64,000 nt of DNA from Lama guanicoe (GCA_013239625.1 MU056000.1:10489175-10553174); one strand, 5' to 3'; positions 36,952 to 51,927 are shown, counted from the first letter of the stretch. The notes: generated from the letters alone by a model not told the origin. Numbers and translations are program-made.

Positions 36952-39900
36952 CATATGCCAACCATCTAAGCTTTACTTAAAGTAAAATTAAAATATGAAA
37001 GCTGTTTGACAATATATGAGCACAAATTCCTCCTCCTCCAAAAAAATCCAAAAACGAAAAGCATATATAAATGCTCTTAACAATGCAAAAACTTACATCT
37101 ATGAAATACATACACAGCATTTAAATGCAACGTATATTTTATACTGACCTCTGCAGTCAATGAAGGCTGTACAAATATTTTAATGTGATTGGCTTTAACA
37201 GTTTAAACTAAACCCACAGTTTTGACATGAAACCAAAAAGCCTGTAAGCTGACAGCCGCAGCTCACGTAGAATAATGAGTCCCAGGAGACTTAATTTTGT
37301 TTAAAAAAAAAATTCTGGATCACTGCTAATGTTCAGATCTGAAAGAAAGAATGAGGTAATTTTATTTCTCCATTGCAGGATCCTGTACCATGTTCTAAAT
37401 CCCAGATCCTACACAGACTGTTAGACCAGGAAGGAGCCTTGGCAGTAATGACCGGACCCTCTCAATGTACAGGTGACCGCCATGAGGCAGGAGAGGTGTG
37501 AGTGACGCGGAAGTTCTCCTTGTATGAACGAGCACAGGCTTGTCGCTGCTGAACAGGAGCCCCCGTGTGGCTCTGTCAAGGTTTCTGAAGCCCTGCGACG
37601 AGCTTCTTGGTCTTTCCAGCTTCAGATATTTGCCCTCTCCATACACCATGAAGCAAACCGAATGTGGCGCCGGTCGAAGGAGCAGTGCGTTTGCCCACAG
37701 GTCTTGTGGGTGTGGGGGAATGGCCTGCTTCCCGGTGACTGGGCCACGCCTCGGGTGCTGGGTGCCTGGCGCTGAGGTACCGTGTACCTCCTTTGTTCAC
37801 CCAGAGTGGCCTGAACTTTGCCTTCAGTACCAGGTTCATCCATGTCTGTGGCCCCACACTTCAGGGAACCAGAATCCACCTAGCTGTAGTGGTCCCCACT
37901 CCCACTGGTTCACAGATGGACAACATCTGCCTCTAAATCTCACAGTAACGACCAGGCTCTGTACATCACTGAGTCTCCACGAGGCCATAGGGCGAGCGGT
38001 ACATCTCCCCACTGTAACCTAAGGAAACCACGTATGCTTCTGGAGAGAAAGGGTTCCTAGCTCTTGTGCGCTTTTGTTTACATATACGGACTGTAGAAGC
38101 CAAGTCTTTAGTGAAGTGCACTTTAAGTTACATCTCCTAACTTAAAAAGAGGCACCAAATAAGAAACACGTGCTGAATCTGTGGGTAGCTGACAGCCATC
38201 TATAAAAGTGCATAGATCTTACAGTCTTTCAGAGACCCTGGTTGATTGCAAATGAAGCAGAGAAAAAATTATCCTGGAACCACTTGGACTTGGCAGAGAT
38301 GATTAAAAAAAAAAGACTTTGGAGGTGCACCTTTGATGAGCTGCTTTGCCACAGCGAATAGTTCTAACCTCCCCTTGGGAGAAGAAAGTGAAGTCAACTT
38401 ACAGCAAGATCTTACCACCTCCCCTTCACTGTTTTCCCTTTTTGAGATCAGACAGTAAACACTATAATTCGTTACACCTTTCCTGACATCGGCGTTGGGT
38501 GTGGGTTGATTACGTAATTACACGTCTCACATTTTGCACACTTTAGGTAGTTCGTTTTAGACATTTAACCTGTAAAAGAGTAGGAGCAGGGCCTTTTGGT
38601 CTATTTTTCTTCAGATTTTCTCTACATCCTGTTTTGTGTGTGGTTAGATCAGCTGATGAGTCACGTGGTGTTTTGCTGCTTCAAAGGCCAGAAATAGAGA
38701 CTCCAAGTAACCACGCAGAGGACCATCTTGAATGTTTACCAAACACGTTGCTCAAAAACATGCTTTTCTACGGTTCAAATGCTTTTTATGAAAGAGCTCT
38801 GTGAGGGCTGTGCCTGAGGCTGTGTCTCCGAAGGCAGGCGGGAGCCTGGTTTCAGGGAACCGGCTGCACACGCAACGCAGACCTCTCAACGCTTACAGAT
38901 CGCCGCGTGCTACAAAGCCTTGCTCGTTGCACTTTTGGTTTTCTATATGCATAAAGGTCAGGACTTAGCACATAAAAGGTCCCTTTCCTGGACCGAGCAT
39001 TGCTTTGATTGATGAAGGCTTCATCCTAAGTTAGGAGGGCAGCTCGCCTGCAAAGCAGGAAGCCAGAAACCCTGGCTGCTGGGTACATACCAGCTCATGC
39101 TGTCCTGGGCACTGGTCTGCTGAGATATTCGGAAATAGAAAGATTCTTGAATACAAGAAAATGTTTTTTAAAGTAATCATTTAATTACAACAACAGAACT
39201 ACTTTCTCAGTCTTTCTCCCACTTCAGTTTGAAGATGGAAAAAAAAATCCAGTCAGAGAGCTACTGAGTCTTTAAATGGGTATGTTTCTGGAAACTAAGG
39301 GCACAAAACAGCTGACCTCCCCCTGCCCCTTCCAGAAGATTCCCAAGTGAGGAGGAGTTAGGAGGGTCAGTGTTAACTCTTTTACATCTAGCTCTAAAGT
39401 TATCGTTGAGTAAGTTCTGGTATCTGGGAACTGCAGGAGAGACAGGAAAAGGCTGCATGTGGGGACCACTGAGCTGGGCCCTGGCTGGAGAGCACCCTGG
39501 CGTCTGGGTTGATGGACCATCTTGAGTCTGGACCTCCCTCCTTGTGGGCCTCCCGCCCACTGCGCCTGCCATGGTTATTTATTGCAAGGACTCAGGAGTG
39601 AAAAAGAAAGTGCTTTTACTACCGTAACGAAATCTCCTTAGCCATCCAGTATACCCTACAGCAAAGCCAGAAGTTTCTGTTTCTGAGTATCAGCCGTCCC
39701 AGGCAGTTTCAGAGCCAGACCACCTGGTACTGCTAAAATACAAAGCAAAACATACATACAAATCAGAGAAGATGACCTTTGGGCACAAGACCAGCCAACC
39801 TGGGCAGCGAGGGAGTGTGCCTGATGTCAACCTGTGGCCTTTGTGCCCAAAGTAAGGAATCCCAAGCAGGTGAGGGTTTCCGGCCAACGTGCAAACCTCG

Positions 39901-41363
39901 CCACACTCCCTGAGCCACGTGGCCGGCCGGTCCTGCCCAATCACGTCTTTCCTGGACCCAGCCCAGCCTGCTTCCTCCTGCTCAGATCTTGGTGTCTCAC
40001 TGATGCCAGTGACACCGAGGTCCCGCTCATTGTGGGCAGAGCCCACGGCAGCTGCGTGGAGAATGAGAAAGCAAAGAGCGGCCTGCTTTGACACAACCAG
40101 CTGCTCTGACCTGAGCTGGCCCAGAGAAGACCTCCGGGTTGGAAAGACCTCTCTGAATGGCCCAAACTCACTTCTCAGCATCTAAATAAAAGCAGCTTCA
40201 TGCCCCCGTGGTTTTAGATTCTGTGGGTCTACAAGGCACCGGTCCACACTGAGAAAGTCATGGCTGGTCTTTTCATGGTCCTTGGCCTGAGGCTTTCACA
40301 GAAATCCTGAGCGACTTGCAAGAGAAAAGGAACCTGTGTCGGGGGAAAGTTTCTTTGGTCGATGAAGTCCAAGGGGTGCCCCCCATCACCCTGAAAAGTG
40401 GGAAGGAGAAGGGCCCCCCTCCCCAGCCTGTGCTGAAGAACCTGCTGGCGGTGGGGTTTGCTTTAGAAGTTAAGGTGTGTGCTTGTCAGGCTGACGGGTT
40501 TTAGCAGCGCAAGCCAACGAAGGAACTGTGTCAGGGGAGCGTGTACTTCAGGAAGAAAGGTCTTGGACACGGGCGTCCTGCAGAGTCACAGCTCCATCGT
40601 GGTGGTCTGGGTCTGGGCTTGCGGCCCGTGTTTTCCCAAACTAGCAAAATACCATGGCCCACGAATCTTTACCCTGAAAGTGCCTCTGACGTCAGAATGC
40701 CCTCTTCTAGTTGCATAATGCGCCTGGGGGGGTCTTTCCTCGATTTTGAGGGAAGGAATTTGCTTTTTCAGTTTGCTCTTTAAGCTCCAACTCCACAAGC
40801 ATGAAATACTAATCACACATGTTAAAAAATACTGCTGTTTAATTTTCTAGTCATGTACTTTAAAAAAGCTGATACAATTAGATGTTTTCCCCATCCTCTC
40901 AGATCTGCCCCTGAAACACCCCAAAGTTATGCATCTTAATTTTCTGCATATATATATGACAAACTGCTCACAGGAAGCACATGGGGATTTGTCCAGACAT
41001 GTAAATGGACCCTGTGATGTTCATGGCTGACTCCAAGCCCTTACATTCTTTTTTTTCTATGAGGGATGATAATGATTACACAGCACTGAAAGCAATAAAC
41101 GCAAAAGGCTTGACTTTTTCCTTCTTTTTGCTCTTCTAGCATGTATATCCATTCCCACGATAGTCTACACCACCTGACCCATTTAAACCCCTGTTACTCA
41201 TAGTGAAAAATAGTTCTCTTGTCATTTACTGACCCTTACATTTATATACAAATGACAGACTGTAAAACTGCTACAAACAAGATACAACATCCATGGATAC
41301 AATACGTTTTCAACTGCAGGTACCTTGAGCACACGAGCAATCACCGTATTGTATTAGAGACAT

Positions 41364-41369
41364 TTTATT
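41364..41369 (-). terminator. Candidate proximal ANKH polyadenylation signal
   Basis: TTTATT on + (AATAAA on -), in an AU-rich block with upstream UGUA elements (TACA on + at 41412 and 41423), ~1.3 kb after the stop. Confidence 0.65.
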
Positions 41370-42671
41370 GAAAATGCGAAAATAGGAAATGTATTATAGC
41401 CTAAAATAAATTACATAACATATACAGTATATATTTATATCTTTAAAATATTTTTTTTGTGGTTAGGTTCTTTCAGTCTAGGAATTTTGACTAAATCAAG
41501 AATTTAGTGAACTGTGTCCAAAATTTTTTAAAGAAAAAAACCCGCTTTCCAAAACTTAGAAAAATAGACTGCACTAAATGGATTTCAAATGTATCGTTTC
41601 AGGGAGTATCACATAGTGACTTTGCTATGGTTTATAAAATGTCTTGCTTTCTCGTGTGGCGTAAAAGGGGAATACAGTACACTCGGAATTACCTGTACCG
41701 CATGGTGAGGACTAAGAATGGCAGGACCAGGTCATAAATCTACTTCCCAAGTGACGATTCGGCAACCTGGCATTAGAATGCTAGATTATGACTTAAAGCT
41801 TCAGTTCCCTTTAAAAACTAACATGTACAAGTTAGACGGCTCCGTTTCACTTGCTCTAGTGCCATCTTCAGGAAAGGTGAGTGAAAAGCAAGCCTTCTGG
41901 GAAAGTCATGCCCAAGGACGCTGCGATGGGGAGATGCACTTTTGTGACACCTTGAACAAGGCAGCTCACGTATGTACATGGTGGTGCGGGAAAGTGCGCG
42001 CACACTCGAATCTAGGAAAAATGTGAGGTGAGACGCTATCGTTTGCATGTATCAGTTCGCTGCTCCCACGGCACCTCAAACCTTCCCATGGGAGATGATT
42101 TCCATCTGTCCGTCCGTCCAGCGTGTTCACAGATCCATTCCTGAGCAGGAATGGCCACTCTGGGCTGCAGCCTGGTGCTGCCCTCCGCACGCGTGTCGCA
42201 GACGGTTTGTGCCTCCACGGTGGGAGGTTGCTGGCTTACATCTCTTCGCACAGCCATGTTACTGGGAAGCCAATCAAAGAAAGCCGAGTTGTCACCTGTT
42301 GATTCTTAAGAGGGATGCAAGGGACAGGGTGAGTCTGTGGCCTGCTGGGCAGTGGTGGCCAAGGGGTGTGCCGTGGTCCTTTGGTTCCAAGTGGAGACTG
42401 TCTGGGGGAGGGGAGACAACGTAGACTACCAGGCAGCTATGTCTTTGGGGTTTTCACGAAGCGGGGGCATGAAGTCAATTGTTCTGTTTCCACAAAGCAG
42501 TGACAAGCCCATTCTGCAGGCCCCCACATCAGCGTGAGCATACCCAGTATGCCAGCGTGTCCGTGAAACCTTTGAATCAAGGCCTCTTGCGTTACCAAAA
42601 CAAAACCGGAAAAAAACACGGCAGGAGAGCAGATGACGCCGAAGTGTCACCTTAGCTGTCCCTGCGGCGCC

Positions 42672-42785
<114 letters not shown>

Positions 42786-43107
42786 CTAGACCAGAGAAGA
42801 CTCATCGGCATGGGGCTGGGACAGGGGCACATGCAGCAGAGCCAAGAGCAGGGAGAGGCCGCAGGGTCTCAGGGGACCCCTCGTTTATGGTTGGGGTGAC
42901 CTTGCTGATGCTGCATCTCAGTCAGCGCTTCCTTTCGGTGGGGTTACCTGGCTGTCGGCCATGCTTGGACTGGGAGAGGCACTCGGGGCGTCAGCTGATG
43001 GAGGCCTACCTCTGCCCAACCACGGCACTTCCCTGCAGCGCCTCCCGATGGTGGCTGTGCCCTCCCCTCCCCTCCTCCCCCTGGCCAGGTGCAGACATGA
43101 CTCCTTA

Positions 43108-43278
<171 letters not shown>

Positions 43279-43868
43279 TTAAAGCCGGGCTGAGGCATAG
43301 TCAAGTCAAAACGCAGCTGAAACTCAGGAAAGGGGCGGACAACAGGGGGACGGGACGATTGCATTAGAGATCTGATGGTGAGGGCTGCACCTGAGAAACG
43401 GTCCACCTGCGTGCGGGGGGGCCTGGAACTCCGAGCCCAGCCAACTCCCACCCCAGCTCCAGGCCTCAGCTCAGCACTGCTGGGGGGCAGGAGAGGGGGG
43501 CTTGTCCCCCGGCTCGTGGGCCCAAAGCATCTCGCCCCTCCTCTCCATATAGTGAGGTTTTCCTAGTTGTGGGGCTGACTATGCCCCTTCCCTAGGAGAC
43601 CGGAGCCCCTGAGGACAAAGGTGACACCTTTGCTCCCTTGCGTTTGTCCCTTCCGATTCTGCCACACCGTGGTAGATGCTCAGTGAACACTGTGTGGCAG
43701 CCGGACGAGAAAGTATTCTGGAATGGATCTCAGCAGCCTCCCCCTGGTGCTCTGGCAGAGAAGCAAGGCATCACTCTGCATTTCTAAGTTGGGGACATGC
43801 TTGGGGAGTTCAGGGGAAAAAGCAGATTTAACTTCTGGACAGAACTCGGACACGGCAGCAGGAGCACA

Positions 43869-44231
<363 letters not shown>

Positions 44232-44321
44232 TTACTGGGGGGGCTTTTGATGCCGCCTCTGGGCCTGGGGGAGCCCGTCCCCACCTCAGCTCCCCCATCA
44301 TAGCCCTTTGTGTCCAGACAG

Positions 44322-44383
44322 CAGGTTGAGGGCCACTCACCACCGTGACCACCAGGTTGAGGGCCACTCCCCACCGTGACCAC
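44322..44383. repeat. 31-bp tandem duplication (1 mismatch) in ANKH intron 9
   Basis: caggttgagggccactc(a/c)ccaccgtgaccac x2. Confidence 0.9.
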
Positions 44384-45065
44384 CATCTCCCAGTGGGGGT
44401 GGGGAGAGGGGAGAGCTGCTACTCTGGCCACCCCCACCTCGGCCCAGCCTCAAGCGCTGATCCCTCCTGTCTAGAAAACTCAGAGAAAAGCGGTAACTTG
44501 ATGGTGATCCATTTTGATTCTGGGAGTTAAGCTGGACCAGAAGCCAGGTCTTTCCGGCCCACAGGCTGGGGGAGGTGCGGAGGGGAGAGGCATGGGGGGA
44601 GAAAAGGGACCTGTCTCACTTCCCTGTCTCCTCCCCTGCCTCCTGACCACTGGTCTACGGCCACCTCCCCCATTTTGGTATTTCATAAAGACTTGCAGAG
44701 TGCTCTGTATCCCCCATCTCCCCATCCTGATGTGTGAGCTTGGGGAGGCCAGGCAGGGCACAGGCCAGCACTGAGGCGGGGCTCAGTGGCCGGTGTGTGA
44801 AGTACTAAACGGCTGGTTTGGGGGCACAGACACCCTTGGCAAATGTTTAGGTTTGATCTAAACCTGGAAGGAGTTTAAGGAAGTGGAAGGCCTGGTCCTT
44901 TAAGAAAAAAATGCTGCCTGTTTGACTTGTTTCTCAAACTTTCAACCCACTGGATAATGTCTTTGCATCTTTTTAATCCACTGTGAATTAAAAAAAAAAC
45001 AACCCATTTTTTGTTTGGGACAGGGCTGCAAATGTTTCTAAAGAAAAAAGACTGGATAGGGCCTA

Positions 45066-45260
<195 letters not shown>

Positions 45261-45999
45261 TTACTAGGAAAGGCATACATGAGTGAAATGAGACAGGTAG
45301 TACGTGACCCCTGAGGAGCTGGGCCGATGGGGGGCTGGCACCCCAGTCCTCGAGCTGCCACCACTTGCTCTGTTCTTACCTGACAATACAGGCACTGGCC
45401 CATTCGCCACACCTGCCCAGGAGGGAGCCCAGCAGATGGGCAGGCATCCAAGTGGGTAATCGGGCCAGTGTGGAAGGCTTACCTAGGCTGTTGGATAGCT
45501 CAGTTAGTTCAGGGTGAACACGTGTATTAATGTAATCTTTACAGCTTTAACCAAAAAGTAAAAAGTGACCTGAAAGCATCTGGATGCTTGCAGAACTGCA
45601 CTGAATCAGCACACCTACTGAAAGAAGGAAATGGTAACATCTGGATAAATGAAAGGCCTGGAAGCTTTTCAAAGTCTAGTTAAGAGAAGAAGAGACAAAA
45701 GCCACAAAATTTGGAACTTGGGAAAGCAGATGGGTAAACCAGTTTAACAAACTCAAGAAACTAGAATCCTAAACTGACAGGGGAAAGTGGAGCTGTCTCC
45801 TGCCCTTCCCTTCCCCACCCATCAGGGAACGTGGCCACAGGTCCTTCTAGAAGTGGGGGTGAAGGCAGGCCGTGGAAAGTCTAGTTCATAAGCCGCTCGT
45901 CCACAGTTCCCCTTGCACAGCTGGTGGCTGTGCCTCCCCGAACTTACTGGAGTTTAGTCTCTGAATAAAGTAAAACCAGCACGGTTGAGGGCAGAATTA

Positions 46000-47450
46000 C
46001 TGCACAGGAAACAGAGGGATTAAGGGAAGGATGACATATCGAATGTCTGGTCTTCTTCCTCTACTCAGCCCCCAGAACACGGGAAGCCAGTTGAGTCCCC
46101 TGACAGGCAGGAGACCCAGAGTGATCGCTGAGGAATCTGAACCACCAAGAGAGAAGACCCCAAGTTCCTAAAAACTGGAGGCTCCTGACAAAGCAGCCCC
46201 ACCAGCCCAGCCATCAGTGAGGCCCACACAGGGATATAAACCTCACCCACATGTGCACAGCTCCCAGCCAGCTTCTAGTGCCCCACCTATAAAAACGAGG
46301 AGACAACCAGGGATCACCAGGCTTTCAGGAAGAACTCTAATATGAAGAGGCTAAAACAAAGAGGGAAAAAACCCCCAGAGGAAACAGACAACGACAAGAG
46401 ACAGAGTGGGGGGCAGGGGAAGGGAGAGGAAAGGAGAGAAAGGAGGAAAACCTTTGCCCAGTGATAGTCTCAGTGACGAGAGAAGACACTACCCATGAAA
46501 CAGGAACTGAATGGAAGTGTTACGAAAAGGACATTTCAAAGAACAGGAAAGAAGTTCTGGGAATTAAAAAATAATAAAGGCAGAAATGAAAAATTCATTA
46601 AATGACAGGTAAAGTTGAGAAAGTCTACAACAAAGATAAGGCAGAATACAAAGACATGGGACGTACGCAAGAAGGGATTTTAAAAACATAAATAAAGGAC
46701 CCGTGTAAGAGGTTCAACATTCAGATAATAGGAGTTCCAGACTGACAGTCTGAGAGCTGAAAGATACAAATTTCAAGTCTGAAAAGGGTCCATTATGTGA
46801 CATAGCACAGTGGATGAAAAAAGACCCACTGGGCATGGCACTGGACAAACCAGATTCTCAGAGCTTCCTGCTTTAGACAGCTAGGAGCTAGCACTGAGAG
46901 TTAGGAGATACGGGGCAATAAATTAGAAGGGAAAATGATTTCTGTCCTAGAACTTGAAACCAAACCATCAATCAAGTGTGTTTAGAAGAAAGACATTTTC
47001 AGATGTTCAAGGCCTCAAAAAATTTAGCCCTCCATGCACACTTTTTCAAGAAGCTCTTGTAGGGTACACTCTGCCAAAGCAAAGGAGTCGTAGATGAAGA
47101 AAAAGAAAGATGCAGGGTTGATCACAATAAGAAAACAAAAAAGGCACAGGAATCCCTGGGGTGGGGGTAAGGAGAGACCCCAGGAAGGCAAGACAGGCCC
47201 ACAGGTCAGAGCTGGTCAGCACTAGAGCTGCTCGGAAGAGCCTTGGAGATGCTTCTTTGAGAGCATGAAACAGACAGGAAGCAAAATGTGTGTGAACACA
47301 GGAAAGGGGGTTTCGGGAACTAAGGGAAAAGGTAGGAATAAATGAGTTGTAAGTAATTACCATTTAGCTTTTAGAAAGCTAAGAAAAATTATAGCTAAGA
47401 CAATGATTAAGTCCAGGGAAAACTAACTTTTTTTTAAAGAAAGGATGGGA
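46000..47450 (+). mobile_element. Old L1/HAL1 ORF1-region relic
   Basis: A-rich; aggttcaacattcagataataggagttccaga and aaatttcaagtctgaaaagggtcc...gatgaaaaaagaccc. Confidence 0.65.
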
Positions 47451-49809
47451 ATCAGACTTAGGTGTCAGAGTATATCATAGTCAGAATCCACCAAGAGATC
47501 TGAAGATCCAGGAGTAGAAGGGGGGAGGGCAAGTGGGGAGAGCAGCTATTGTAGGGAGCAGTCCTTAGAGGGCCGACTCTAAGCTCCGTGGGTGTATAAA
47601 AAAACTGAATTTAGAAATGTAATAATATAACTTTGTAAGAGAATGTTGTTAGAAGATGCCAGTTCCATAAAACTTTTCTCTCCCTTTCTTACCATGCACA
47701 TGATTCTTCTCTAAAATGAGAGTGAATACATTATAAAATGAATTGCAGTCGTGTGAAAACAGAACACTGAAATCTTATAATATAACATCCTTTAGGCTTT
47801 GGGTAAATTAAATTTCATGGAATTAGGCTGGTCCTACTTACTATTGTGTTGAAATACATTAAAAAAAATAACTTGGAGGACCTATTATAAATGTTTCACT
47901 TTATAAATGCAATGGAATCTTATTCTAGCATGTATTTTTCAGCATCTGGGAAGGATATCCCATTTGGTTTTCAGAAATGACAGATGTACTATCATTTAAC
48001 CCTATTGCCTGCTGCCAGGACTTACGCCCCATCTCTGACACGTACACAAAAACACTTCCTTAGATCTAGCAACTTGGGGCTTTATTACTGAGTGGCCTGG
48101 ACAAGTGGCCCTGTCCTCTTTTCTCACCACAGAGCTGCCAGCCTTGAATGGCGAGACATTGCTCATGCCTCCAGCCCAGGGATGGCGGCAACTTCCTGTC
48201 ACAACTTCACAACGCCACCGAGCACTGCACGGGGACACAGTTCACTTTCTTGACAACTAGATCCATCAGCCCTCCTTCCATATATTTTCCATAGCAGTAA
48301 AGCTGTAAAGAAGTAAGATAAGTGAGCACCGCCCCAACGCTGGACTTGACTGTGCATTAGGACCAATGGAGGATAAGCTATCCTGGGTTTCCTTCATGGT
48401 CAGAGCAGAATCTAGGCCAAACTCTGTTTAAAAAAAAAAACCAACCCTCCAAAACCCCCCAAACAAACTTAGGCTTCCAGGAAAATCACTGGCATTCCTT
48501 ACTCAGCTTGTAGCCACTGATCATCTGAAGGAGAGAGAATGCCTCCTGCTGCAATCTCTCAGTGCTTTGCAAAATCACTGGAAAGTGGCTTTTAGATGGC
48601 AACAAAGCAAGGAAAAAGGAGGGTGTTGTTGCACGTCGGAGAGGAAGGTGCAAGCAAGGGTAGCTCCTCCCCTGGCTTCTCCGCATGGATAAAGTTCTGC
48701 TGGAGGCTTTTCACTGTCTGGAGGAGAGGATCGGCAAGCTTCGGAGGAAAGAGTCCACCCTGACGACACAGGATAGTGAGATGTGTAGAAACCCCAAATC
48801 ATGTGAGACATTTACATTAATATCAAGTAATCTGGGTGGGTGACAGCAGTTCTGGTGCCTTGGAAGCCAAACGGTGAGGTGCGGTGGATCTCCAGTAGGC
48901 CTTCCCAGGAAGGTGGCTCCGATGCATCATTCTAAAACCCCACAGTATGCTTTGTCTTGGCACCACTAAACCACTCTGTTCTCTATCCGGCATCTATCTG
49001 TGCCAGGCACACCCGACATGCCCCCATCAAGGCCACATGCCACCGAGGTGCTTCCTCAGTTCTCAGCCCCACACCTAGCGCCTAGATGGGGTCTTTTCGA
49101 GAATAACGTAACTGAACACCCTCTCTGGTCCGGGGCTTCAGCAATCACAGGTAACTATTTAAAGGGAGGGGACATCGCCTGTATCGAAGCTTCCTTTCTT
49201 TTTCTCCCTGAAGTCTCTGAATTTGAGCCTTTGCCTTTGCCATGCTTCCAGTCTGAAAATGCTCCTTGCCTTCCAGAAAGTTCTCAAAAAACAAAACAAA
49301 ACAAAACAAAAGACTATTTCCTGCATTGCCCAGAAAGGAATACTGGCAACTCAGAAGCAGCTATGATGTTGATTAGAAGATGCAACACCTGTCTGCAGGT
49401 CCGCTTTCTCTGAGAAGCATGCTGAGCCCAGGCATAATCATCAGATTTAACCAGTCCGTTTCAGAAAGCAAGAAGCTCTAGAAGTTAACCTCGCAAAGGA
49501 TCTTCCAGGAAAAGTATCACTCTGCCGAGTTCACCCAGAGTAGTTCTGACTCAGAACATGCCCTCCCCGTTGACCAGGACATGCTGTGTTCTACAAATGT
49601 TTGCAGAGAGCTAATGACATCGACTTTTCCAAACCAGAACACAAACCTAATAAACTACCGACAGTAAACACGATTTGTTCCTTGGATTAGCCACTGGGTT
49701 AGCTTTCCTGCTGCAGAGTTCGCTGTCAACATTATCTCATTAGGGAGCAGCCAGCAAAACAGAACAACCAGCTCCGTGCCCAGATCTTGGTTTTTCTACT
49801 TACTCTGCA

Positions 49810-50760
49810 GTAAAAGGAACCAGGGCTCCTTGGAGACGTGGTTGATTCTAGGACTAGGGTGGGAAATACACAAGATGATCAGCTTGCAACAATATATTCA
49901 AGGGCACAGGAGCCCAGAAGAAAGAGCTCCTAACGGTAAATCTGGAAGAATGTGAGCAAGAAAATAAATGATGTCGTATTGAGTTAGGACGCACAGCACA
50001 CAATAAACACCCATGAGTCCACACCGATACAAATAAACAAATAGGAACACATCCCCAGCACAGAATTCCAAGTGATTTACGTAGCTGCTCGCCTCTCAGG
50101 GAGGAGGGGCATACTTCTCCACCCCTGAAGTGTGGGTTCACCATAGTCACTTCCTTCCAAAGAGAGGACAGGATGGAAAGGGGGGAAAGGAACTCCACAG
50201 TGAGAAATCTGGCAGCTAGGATCTTGGCCAGGTCAACTTCATCAGTGATGTCACGTTGATAGCATGTTCTCCTGATAAGACATGATGACATTGGTACTCT
50301 GCCTATGTGGTCTCCCTCCCGACAGTCCATAAGCCCAGTCTCACCATGAGAAAAACCCCAGACAATCCCAAACTGAGGGACATTCTACATAATACCTGAG
50401 CAGTCGTCCTTGAAACCGACAAGGCCACAAAAACAAGCAAAATATGAGAAACTCTCACAGACCGGAAAAGGTTAAGACAAGGTGACGAGCTTTAACATGG
50501 TAACGTGGATGGGAAGCCTAGAACAGGAAAAGGACAGGAGGGAAAAGCTAGCGAACTCTGAATAAACTGTGGAGTTTGATTCCTAATAATGCACTGGGGT
50601 TGATTCCTTAGCTGTGATGAATGTACCACAGCAGAGTAAGACAGAGTAGGGGGTGAGGGGTGTGTGGGGACCCTGGGCTAGCTTCACAGTGCTTCTGTAA
50701 GTCTAAAAATAACACTCAAAAAAAAAACCTCTCAAACAAAAAGTACATATATATAAAAGA
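49810..50760 (+). mobile_element. L1MC-like 3' UTR fragment
   Basis: aaaaggaaccagggctccttggaga...caaactgagggacattctacataatacctga...gaacaggaaaaggaca...ttccttagctgtgatgaatgtacca and an A-rich tail. Confidence 0.8.
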
Positions 50761-51927
50761 AGACCCATAACCTACTCTTCTATGTGACAGACTGTGACTC
50801 CTTTTCTGAGGACCTGGCACTGACCGTGACATTTTTACTTTGAATTTTGAAATACTTCTTTGTATTTCAAGATATATTCATCTCGAGTGGAATGTACGCC
50901 ACTCCAGACAAACCTTCTGTCTTCATGACCATTGGCTTCTCCATTTTAAAACTGGATTAGCCTCTGTAGAAACTAACCAAAGGGCTGCAGCCCTTTTATT
51001 CACAACCTTGTCATGAAGTTTCTGGTCAGCATCTGTGTCACAGTCACATTTCTAACGACGGTCCCGTTGGGCAGATAGATGAGGAACTTAACGTCTTCCT
51101 TAGAGGCAATCTGTTAAGAGGCTTCGGCTGTATGTAACTAAGCAGTGTAGGGGCAGTATCTAACCTTTCATTTCAAAATCCATGTAACAGCTACATTCTG
51201 ACAAACTTTTACCATAAATTAAGATTCCCAAATAGGATTAGTGTGCAGAAAGGATGAAGGGAGCCCCAAACCTTACAGAAATGACACTTCTGGGTCTAAG
51301 ATGCCACAGTCGGAGTCAGTGTGACTGGAACCACATAAGGAGCATCCTTCCCAAGACCCTCCTCATCCAGAGTCGGACCCTGACTTATCCTGGGACTGAG
51401 TCTCTTTCCCAAGAACTGACGACTGGGATCCAAAGCAGCTCATTGTCTCTGTCAGCATCCGAGCTCAGAGAACATACAAACCCAGCCACAGGGGCACAGC
51501 CGTTTCTGCACGTCCTGAGAGGATTCCCTTCCACAAAGGAAACACTGCCAAGAGCTCGCGTTTTACCTTAATTTCCAGAAGCTGTTGACCACGCTTTGAG
51601 AAAGTCACAAAGCTGCTTCCATGACCCCGAATAATCAGGATTAAAACTAAATTCTCCTCCCCTGCAGTGAGAACTGAAATACATGCAGCTGTTTTGAATT
51701 AAAACAGTTGGCCCTGGGTATCATTTTTATTTGGTGTTTTTACTTAGAAGGGTTCAACTTATGTTTAATTGGGTTGAAGTCTCCCCTGGGTAAACCAGTG
51801 GTTAACCCTCAACAATGCCGCATACAAAGAGGTGGTTACGAGCTTGGCTCCAGGCGGTGTGCTTGGGGAGGAAGTTGATCTGCATTCCGGTGCCAGCTCC
51901 TTAGTGCACCTCGGATCACCAGACCGC

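Larger units (their letters stand above)
36925..42671 (-). other. ANKH: ANKH 3' UTR (distal end inferred)
   Basis: Downstream of the stop codon; minus-strand AATAAA at 41364-41369, 39578-39583 and 37361-37366, and ATTAAA at 36946-36951 followed by a U/GU-rich tract. Confidence 0.6.
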
